Source: Candidatus Izemoplasmatales bacterium
GTDB lineage: Bacteria > Bacillota_I > Bacilli_A > Izemoplasmatales > Hujiaoplasmataceae
DNA length: 17,570 nt
Reading direction: 5' to 3'
Assembly: GCA_050177605.1 (NCBI GenBank)
Contig: JBFXGX010000019.1
Coordinates: 1-17,570 of the forward strand
The notes below the pieces were generated by a model that was not told the origin of the DNA, did no database searches, and saw only the letters and a list, made by a program, of their open reading frames with translations. The translations under genes and the position numbers were made by a program. Of the stretch, positions 9,037 to 15,442 are shown piece by piece; positions within the stretch are counted from its first letter, which is position 1, and each line of letters opens with the position of its first letter.

Positions 9037-9061
9037 AAAGAAATGCGATTTGCATTTCTTT
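9037..9061 (-). terminator. Rho-independent terminator ending the SDR-SDR-YwaF operon
   Basis: AAAGAAATGC-gattt-GCATTTCTTT with a T-tail on the minus strand. Confidence 0.75.
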
Positions 9062-9089
9062 ATAATCAATAATCTCTAATAAGGATAAG

Positions 9090-9779
9090 CTAATAGTGCA
9101 GTTGAGCATCCTGTTGAAAATCCTTCAGTGTTTCACTGAAAGCATAGAACCATTTTGTGAATCGATTAAATATCATGAAAAGTAACAAATAATAGATTAT
9201 CCAAAGCAAATGATTCATCCATAGATAATCGCTGAAAGAAAGAAAATACGGATTGATGATAAACATAATTAAAGTCCGATTTAAATAATCTGGTGTTTGG
9301 AAGATGGCTGCATGACACATAATAGCTAATAATACAAGGTAAATCTGATATTTGAATTGACTTGAAAATGGATATTTAAAAAACAAATAAAAACCACCTA
9401 CAAAAAGAATTCCATGTCCTATGGTCGCAACGATATGTTGATATGTTCCAATAAATGGTTCTGAAACAAACCCAAAGATGCTGTAGTAGAAAAAAAATCC
9501 TGTTCCACTTAAAATCCCAAAAAATGATGCAATGTGATAATATTTTTCTTTGTTAGAGAAAAGTATGAATGCAAACATAAAATAAGAAATCGTTGATATC
9601 TCAATCGGAAATGTATACTGTCCATGGATATTGATAATAACATATTCAATCGTTTTATAGATTACTAATAATGCTGAGAATAATTTAAGGATCTTTTCTC
9701 CACGATTTGACTTATAAATAGCTACTAAAACAAAAAATGAGAAGATAAGGCCAAGTAGGCTAATCATATTAAATAACAT
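9090..9779 (-). CDS. YwaF/TIGR02206-like integral membrane protein (paralog B)
   Basis: Multi-TM protein with FPIEIST and GHG motifs. Shares KEKYYHIASFFGILSG with paralog A. AGGTGA RBS. Confidence 0.6.
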   Translation of the reverse strand: MLFNMISLLGLIFSFFVLVAIYKSNRGEKILKLFSALLVIYKTIEYVIINIHGQYTFPIEISTISYFMFAFILFSNKEKYYHIASFFGILSGTGFFFYYSIFGFVSEPFIGTYQHIVATIGHGILFVGGFYLFFKYPFSSQFKYQIYLVLLAIMCHAAIFQTPDYLNRTLIMFIINPYFLSFSDYLWMNHLLWIIYYLLLFMIFNRFTKWFYAFSETLKDFQQDAQLHY

Positions 9780-9792
9780 CGATAATCACCTA

Positions 9793-10584
9793 TCACTTCA
9801 ACCATAATTTTTGCGCTTTATTCCAACGTTTATAGAGTATTTTTGTAGTAAGTGAAGTTGGAATGAACTTATTTAAAATCACCGTAAGCTGATTAAATCC
9901 TCCAGGCACATACTTCTTCTTTCCTTGAAGACAGTAATCAATCGATCTTGAGACAACTTGTTCTATATGACAAGTACTAATCGCTCCAAAAAATCCTTGA
10001 GCATGGATCGCTTTAATAACTTCTGGGTTAGTCGCAAGTCCTGCTGGACACACTGATAATAAATGGATATTATTAGTTTTTAGTTCTTCCCTTATACCGG
10101 AACCAAAGTGAATCAAGAATCGTTTTGAAGCTGCATAAGTCGCCTTCAAGGGAATGGGTTGTTCCGCAGCTAAACTTGCTATATTAATGATATAACGATG
10201 TTTATTATCTTGATCTGCATCAATAAAAGAGTGAATCATTCTCATCGTACCGATGACGTTAATCTCAATAATCTTTTGTAGTTCAGAAAAAGGACGAAGA
10301 GAAAATCTTCCTTCATAATCTATTCCAGCTACATTGAGTAGTAAGTCTGGCTTAAATTGTTTATTCTTCATTTCCTGAAAAAGTGCACCTACACTTTGGT
10401 CACTTCGGATATCTGTTTCTATAATATTGATTTTTTTGCCATATCTCGCATAGATCCCTTCTTGAATCAACTTTAATCCATACAAATTGATATCTGTCGC
10501 AAATACTTCATATCCTCTTTTCACACATTCATTGACAAAAGCTCTACCTAATCCCCCAGCGGCACCAGTAATAATCACTTTCAT
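9793..10584 (-). CDS. Classical short-chain dehydrogenase/reductase (probably NAD-preferring)
   Basis: TGAAGGLG, Asp at the end of beta2 (ATDIN), NVAG, IAS and catalytic YAASK. Confidence 0.9.
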   Translation of the reverse strand: MKVIITGAAGGLGRAFVNECVKRGYEVFATDINLYGLKLIQEGIYARYGKKINIIETDIRSDQSVGALFQEMKNKQFKPDLLLNVAGIDYEGRFSLRPFSELQKIIEINVIGTMRMIHSFIDADQDNKHRYIINIASLAAEQPIPLKATYAASKRFLIHFGSGIREELKTNNIHLLSVCPAGLATNPEVIKAIHAQGFFGAISTCHIEQVVSRSIDYCLQGKKKYVPGGFNQLTVILNKFIPTSLTTKILYKRWNKAQKLWLK

Positions 10585-11438
10585 TGAACATTCCCCCCAA
10601 ACTTTATTTTACATAATTGATCCGAGTATTCGATTAATTTAGTTGAATTGATATCATTCACTTCTTTACTAAACGAGCGTACTTTTAGATTATAATAATA
10701 AAAACCTTCTGGATGTGAGTTTTGTCGTAAGATCCAAGCAAATGTCTTCGCTGGAACAGAAGGATGAACTCCTCCATTTTTTCTTATTCTCCAGACAAAA
10801 TCCACCAACCCTTTTGTGTTCTTGTTTCCTATGTCGGTTTTCACTAATCCTGGATCAATTCCATAGGCTTTTACACCTAAATGTGCAAATCTGTTGTTGA
10901 TTTCATGTGCAAAGAGTAGATTACATAGTTTCGATTGCTTATAAGCAAGTAAAGGATGATACTTTCTTTCGTACATCATATCTTTCCAATTGATTTTCAT
11001 CATTTTATGAGACTTGCTTGATGTAAATAAGATTCTACCATGGCCCAATATCAGTGAAGGTAATAAATTATGTGTGAGTACATAGGATGAAAGATGATTT
11101 GTTGAAAATTGTAGTTCATAGCCAAGTCGATTGGTTTCATACCAACTTTTAACACATCCTACATTATTCACAAGCCCAAACAATTTGCCCTGATTCTCCT
11201 TTTGAAGAAAATCAACGATTTGCTTTGATAAAACTTCAGTCTCATCTAGTTCAGATAAATTCGCTTGAAAAAATACGATTCTTCTTCCTGGATACAACCC
11301 AGTAAGCTCATTTTCAACTTCGATGATTTTCTCTTTATTTCTTCCTATTCCGATAATTTCAAATTGATCCTCTAGACATGCCTTACAAATTTCATAACCA
11401 ATACCGGAAGTTGCGCCAGTAACTAATACCCAATTCAT
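10581..11438 (-). CDS. Retinol-dehydrogenase/WWOX-like SDR (probably NADP-preferring)
   Basis: TGATSGIG, GRN, NNVG, E.QFSTNHL, TSS, catalytic YKQSK, DPGLVKT. ATGA overlap with the downstream SDR. Confidence 0.9.
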   Translation of the reverse strand: MNWVLVTGATSGIGYEICKACLEDQFEIIGIGRNKEKIIEVENELTGLYPGRRIVFFQANLSELDETEVLSKQIVDFLQKENQGKLFGLVNNVGCVKSWYETNRLGYELQFSTNHLSSYVLTHNLLPSLILGHGRILFTSSKSHKMMKINWKDMMYERKYHPLLAYKQSKLCNLLFAHEINNRFAHLGVKAYGIDPGLVKTDIGNKNTKGLVDFVWRIRKNGGVHPSVPAKTFAWILRQNSHPEGFYYYNLKVRSFSKEVNDINSTKLIEYSDQLCKIKFGGNVQ

Positions 11439-11470
11439 TGTATAATCCTCTCCTTTTTTTATATATTATC

Positions 11471-11494
11471 TACTACTATATATTGTATAATAGT
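11471..11494. promoter_or_regulatory. Putative PadR operator, copy 1 (upstream of the SDR operon)
   Basis: TACTACTATATATTGTATAATAGT, 22/24 identical to 12604-12627. Imperfect palindrome. Confidence 0.6.
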
Positions 11495-11503
11495 AAGTTA
11501 TTT

Positions 11504-11537
11504 TTTTTGTATATTGTCGCAAAACAATATACAAAAA
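11504..11537. repeat. 14-bp inverted repeat between DUF1700 and the SDR operon
   Basis: TTTTTGTATATTGT-cgcaaa-ACAATATACAAAAA. The arms contain the TTGTATATTGT core also found in the padR-proximal operator. Confidence 0.7.
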
Positions 11538-11556
11538 TTTTAATTGTTAGATGATA

Positions 11557-12258
11557 TTAAACAAACCAATGCCAAACGTGCCAAAACTCAAATGAATTTG
11601 CAAGTAGCGCGCTGACGATATACCCAATGGTAAATGTAGAAATAAATAGGATGATTGAATAGATGTTGATCAGTTTTAAGATAGATGATTTTCTTTTTGA
11701 AACCTTTGGATGTTTACTTAAGGAAGGATAAATGTTACCAACTAATTTATTCTTGTGCCATCTAGAATAAGCTCGTACCCATTGTCTTATGTAGAGGTAG
11801 ATGGTCATAGTTCCAATTCCTGAAAAGACAGATAAGCTAATCATCGATATCCCTATCAACAAGCCCGAAACATAAGGCATCGTAGGAATTAGATTAGAGA
11901 TATTAGCTCCAATGACCAAGAATAATCCAAGTACAAACAAAGATACCGTAAATGCTGCTAGCACAATAAATGAAAGAAATACCGTAACTAATAATAGGAT
12001 TGCGAAGAAATCAATGAATACTAACCCAAATCTTATCCATCCTTTACTTGGGTTCTTTTCTGGAAGACTTTGTTTTGCATAATCCTTTGCAATATCTTCT
12101 GGAAGACCTATTTTTCGTGAAATGTCATCTTCTTTAATTCCTTCTTCGATTCGATTCGCGAAATGTTCTTCAAAATCAGACATAATGTCATCAATGTCTT
12201 GAACATTGTTTTTATTCAGTTCAATTCTTAAATTATTTAAAAAGTCTTGTTTATTCAT
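11557..12258 (-). CDS. DUF1700 (HAAS-type N-terminus) membrane protein
   Basis: MNKQDFL..L..EL...DI..DFEEHF....G..E..I...G.PEDIA followed by TM helices. ATGA-coupled to padR. Confidence 0.88.
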   Translation of the reverse strand: MNKQDFLNNLRIELNKNNVQDIDDIMSDFEEHFANRIEEGIKEDDISRKIGLPEDIAKDYAKQSLPEKNPSKGWIRFGLVFIDFFAILLLVTVFLSFIVLAAFTVSLFVLGLFLVIGANISNLIPTMPYVSGLLIGISMISLSVFSGIGTMTIYLYIRQWVRAYSRWHKNKLVGNIYPSLSKHPKVSKRKSSILKLINIYSIILFISTFTIGYIVSALLANSFEFWHVWHWFV

Positions 12259-12572
12259 TTCATCTCATCTCCAATCATTCGTTTGACTAATTCAGTAAAG
12301 TCAGTCCATTCTTTCGCATCAACTTTGAAACTTTCTATTCCCATTTTCGTAATGGAATAGTATTTACGTGCTGGACCACCACTGTCTTCTGATAAATAAG
12401 TCGTAACGAGCCCTTCTTGTTTTAACTTTCGTAAAATAGGATAGACCGTACCATCCGAAATATCCATTTCTTTTGATATTACTGTAGAAAGTTCGTAACC
12501 ATACATATCTGATTTATTTAGTTGTGCGAGAATACACAATTCTATGACACCTTTTTTGTACTGAATGTTCAA
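12255..12572 (-). CDS. PadR-family transcriptional regulator
   Basis: QYKKGVIELCIL, DMYGYEL, GTVYPILRKL, GPARKYYSIT..G. TTG start at 12572 (MNIQYKKG) fits GGGAG RBS at 12581-12585. Confidence 0.93.
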   Translation of the reverse strand: MNIQYKKGVIELCILAQLNKSDMYGYELSTVISKEMDISDGTVYPILRKLKQEGLVTTYLSEDSGGPARKYYSITKMGIESFKVDAKEWTDFTELVKRMIGDEMK

Positions 12573-12603
12573 AGTCACCACTCCCTGATTAGTGTTCTAT
12601 ATT

Positions 12604-12643
12604 TACTATTGTATATTGTATAATAGTTTTTGTGGATTGTCAA
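12604..12643 (-). promoter_or_regulatory. Sigma70/A promoter of padR with overlapping palindromic operator (copy 2)
   Basis: Minus strand TTGACA (12643-12638), 17-nt spacer, TACAAT (12620-12615). Palindrome ACTATT-N11-AATAGT (12605-12627) covers the -10. Confidence 0.75.
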
Positions 12644-13100
12644 TAATCTTTTGTAAAAAACTAGACAAAGTAAAATATACAAACCAATTCATACCAAGAA
12701 AAAGTACGAATAGGAATTCATTCTTTATGTATTACATTGTTCATTTGAGTATCGGTCTCATCGTTTTAGTTTGTCAACTGATATCAATCAATACACACCA
12801 TATATCTTATTATCTTACTTTCAATAACCTCCCAGTTTACAACATAAATCATTGATACCTATTTACAATATTGGTGGTGTCTGCTTATATATTATCATTT
12901 ACAGTATCGATTTAAAAATAACACATTTTTGTTTGTGAAAATAACGTCAAAAGCAATATTCATACTATCCTAAAGCCAAATCGTGTGAATTGAAATGTAA
13001 TCGTGTAGAAGTATATTGACCCCCCCAAATTAACCGCTTTTTTTCGATGTTTTTTTCCCAAACTAAAATTTTAAAGTCCAAAAAGTCCCTATATAGCACA

Positions 13101-13146
13101 AAAAAAAGGATTGACAAATTATATCAATCCCTTGGTTGTTAAATGG
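13101..13146 (-). repeat. Degenerate copy of the tRNA-Gly trailer/terminator; terminator for the SWIM gene and possible att scar
   Basis: AAAAAAAGGATTGACAAATTATATCAATCCCTTGGTTGTTAAATGG resembles 15177-15222 AAAAAAAAGATTGATATCTATATCAATCCTTTGGATTAAAAAGTGG. Hairpin GGATTGA/TCAATCC. Confidence 0.65.
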
Positions 13147-13161
13147 GTTGTGTGACCTATT

Positions 13162-13620
13162 TTAATATAAATCATCATCATCAAAAAAATCAGACTCTAT
13201 CATATATTCCAGAAGCTTTTCTTTTAACTCTTTTTTTGTCAGTTTATTTACATATTTCTTAATGTCTTTTATTCGTTCTTCTCGCATTATTATTGATTGT
13301 CGGACACGTTCTTCTTCCTCTTTCTCATAACGCTCAACTTCTTCAATGAATTCTTTTGCTTTTTCTGGAAAAATAGCAAAGTATGAAGCTACCATATGTT
13401 TGCAAATAATACTTCTTCCGTCTGCATGAGGACAGTTGCATGTAGATTTTCGTGGATGATTTACGTTCAAATGAATATTATATATCGTATTTTCATCATT
13501 TCTAACTTTCGCATTATATTCTTGATCGTTTACTTTCTCTATTTCTAAAACTTTTCCTTGTATGTAATAATTATACCCTCTCCACAAGGATCTATAACCA
13601 CTTAACTCTTTTAATCCCAT
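13162..13620 (-). CDS. SWIM zinc finger protein
   Basis: RG..YY..GKV N-terminus and CNCP-x8-CKH SWIM motif, followed by a charged helical tail. GGAGG RBS supports ATG at 13620; track start is 13632. Confidence 0.85.
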   Translation of the reverse strand: MGLKELSGYRSLWRGYNYYIQGKVLEIEKVNDQEYNAKVRNDENTIYNIHLNVNHPRKSTCNCPHADGRSIICKHMVASYFAIFPEKAKEFIEEVERYEKEEEERVRQSIIMREERIKDIKKYVNKLTKKELKEKLLEYMIESDFFDDDDLY

Positions 13621-13779
13621 ATGTTCCTCCAATCATACTATAGTTTTTCATATTTAAGTTGTGTGTTTTGCTGATTACACTTTTATACTTTCTAACACAA
13701 ACATAAGAACATGAACGAAAAAACACATATATTTCATTTGCTCAACTTCTTTCCACTTGATTTATTTATTCTTTTTATC

Positions 13780-15030
13780 TTAGTAGTCAAGTCCAACTTT
13801 TCTCAATAAAAAATCTAACAAACCAATAGTTATTACTCCATGTTCATCTCGTTTAGGCATTAGATTATCCTTTACTATAATAACTTTTTTAAAAGAATCC
13901 GGGATATTAAGTAGAGACCTTTCTTCTTGTTTTCTTTTTTCTATGGTACTCATTTCATAAGCTGACTGAATATAATATTTTTCATTTCCTCTTTGTGCAA
14001 TAAAATCTACTTCTAATTTTTTCTTAAGTAACTTCCCTTCTTGTTGCTCTCTAACTTCAACTACACCTACATCTATATTAAATCCACGAACTTTCAATTC
14101 GTTGTAAATGATGTTTTCCATAATGTGATTTTCTTCTTGTTGTCTAAAATTCAGTCGACCATTTCTTAACCCTAAATCAGTAAAATAATATTTACTTGGA
14201 GTTGATATATATTTTTTACCTTTTACATCATATCTCATGGATTTTTCAATTAAAAATGAATCTTCTAGATAAGTTAAATATGATTTGATTGTTGGTTCTG
14301 TAACAGATACTCCTTTAATACTTTTAAATGTATTTGATAATTTTTTGGGGTTAATTAATGATCCAATATTTGAAGCAAGTATATTTACTAATTCTTCTAA
14401 ATCACTAACATTTCTGATATTGTTTCTATCAACAATATCGCTAATATATACTTTTTCAAATTGTTTTACTAAATAATTGGATTTTTCTTCGTGTTCAGTG
14501 AAACTAAGCGTTAAAGGTAAACCGCCATATGTATAGTATTGATTCCATGCTTCATTTACATCACCATCAAATACAGACGTAAATTCTTTAAATGTTAAAG
14601 GATATACTCGGATTTCATCACTTCTTCCCCTAAACTCAGTAATCAAATCTTTTGATAAAAATTTAGAGTTACTACCTGTAACATATGTATCAACGTTTTT
14701 AATATGCAGCAAACTATTTAAAACATCTTCAAACTCATCAACCATTTGAATTTCATCTAGTAAAATGTAATACATTTCCTCATCTTTTATCTCATCATCA
14801 ATAGCATTTAATAATTTATCAGGGTTTCTTAACTCTTTGTTTCTTCTGTCATCTAATGCATATTTTATTATATGACTTTTATCAATTCCTATACTAATTA
14901 GATAGTCATAAAACAAATTGAACAAAAGAAATGATTTACCCACTCTTCTCATACCTGTAACCACTTTTATCAATCCGTTGTTTTTATGCCTTATTATTTT
15001 ACTTAAATAATCATTTCTTTTAATTATCAT
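13780..15030 (-). CDS. AAA_14 + DUF4143 ATP-binding protein (COG1373-like)
   Basis: Walker A GMRRVGKS, Walker B ILLDEIQ, VTGSNS, GR, GGLP, KYYFTDLGLRN, MENIIYNEL, and C-terminal EVDF...YIQS (PD-(D/E)xK-like region). Confidence 0.92.
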   Translation of the reverse strand: MIIKRNDYLSKIIRHKNNGLIKVVTGMRRVGKSFLLFNLFYDYLISIGIDKSHIIKYALDDRRNKELRNPDKLLNAIDDEIKDEEMYYILLDEIQMVDEFEDVLNSLLHIKNVDTYVTGSNSKFLSKDLITEFRGRSDEIRVYPLTFKEFTSVFDGDVNEAWNQYYTYGGLPLTLSFTEHEEKSNYLVKQFEKVYISDIVDRNNIRNVSDLEELVNILASNIGSLINPKKLSNTFKSIKGVSVTEPTIKSYLTYLEDSFLIEKSMRYDVKGKKYISTPSKYYFTDLGLRNGRLNFRQQEENHIMENIIYNELKVRGFNIDVGVVEVREQQEGKLLKKKLEVDFIAQRGNEKYYIQSAYEMSTIEKRKQEERSLLNIPDSFKKVIIVKDNLMPKRDEHGVITIGLLDFLLRKVGLDY

Positions 15031-15176
15031 TTAGATCACCTATTATATTTTTCGGGTAATTCAACCTTTTTTATAAATTAAGTATATCATAAATCTTAGA
15101 AAAATAATACAGTATTTTACTTTTAGGGTGTCTTTGCCCATTTTATATAATATATACTGAAATAGGCCGTAAAACG

Positions 15177-15210
15177 AAAAAAAAGATTGATATCTATATC
15201 AATCCTTTGG
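15177..15210 (-). terminator. Rho-independent terminator of tRNA-Gly
   Basis: GATTGATAT-ct-ATATCAATC (15185-15204) followed by T8 on the minus strand. Confidence 0.8.
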
Positions 15211-15219
15211 ATTAAAAAG

Positions 15220-15293
15220 TGGAGCAAGCGAGGGGAATCGAACCCCCATCATCTGCATGGCAAGCAGATGTTTTACCATTAAACTACACCTGC
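15220..15293 (-). tRNA. tRNA-Gly (anticodon GCC), 74 nt with encoded CCA
   Basis: Reverse complement GCAGGTG TAGTTTAATGGTAAAAC A TCTGC-TT-GCC-AT-GCAGA TGAT GGGGG-TTCGATT-CCCCT CGCTTGC T CCA. Cloverleaf stems pair; U discriminator. Confidence 0.97.
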
Positions 15294-15326
15294 AACTAAA
15301 CAATCTTGTTTTCGTTAGCAATATAT

Positions 15327-15355
15327 ATTGTATATGAAGTCGTTTCTTTTTTCAA
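15327..15355 (-). promoter_or_regulatory. Sigma70/A promoter of tRNA-Gly
   Basis: TTGAAA (15355-15350), 17-nt spacer, TACAAT (15332-15327). Confidence 0.7.
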
Positions 15356-15442
15356 CTATTTTTTACCAGAAAAAGAAACTTTTTTAAGCGTGGCTCGTTT
15401 CTAAACAAGAAAAGAATGATAAAATAATTTTAGGTGATAACT

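Larger units (their letters stand above)
13147..15176. mobile_element. Small AT-rich genomic islet at the tRNA-Gly 3' end (no integrase in window)
   Basis: Lies downstream of a tRNA, is bracketed by a degenerate direct repeat, looks more AT-rich than tdh/kbl, and carries typical accessory genes. Confidence 0.45.

Noticed and set aside
5662..10900. Short ORFs 5662-5880, 6862-7092, 7557-7793, 8850-9065 and 10715-10900
   Set aside because: Nested in or antisense to convincing genes, with no family motifs.
12592..12855. 87-aa plus-strand ORF
   Set aside because: Overlaps the padR promoter and operator, has no RBS, and has the composition of translated AT-rich intergenic DNA.
13143..13160. A second, partial tRNA gene at the duplicated trailer
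   Set aside because: Only the CCA matches; the adjacent sequence shows no T-arm and no match to the tRNA-Gly acceptor stem.
12650..13160. CRISPR array or integron attC array in the long intergenic region
   Set aside because: No regularly spaced 25-40 bp repeats, no attC-like structure seen, and no cas or integrase genes in the window.
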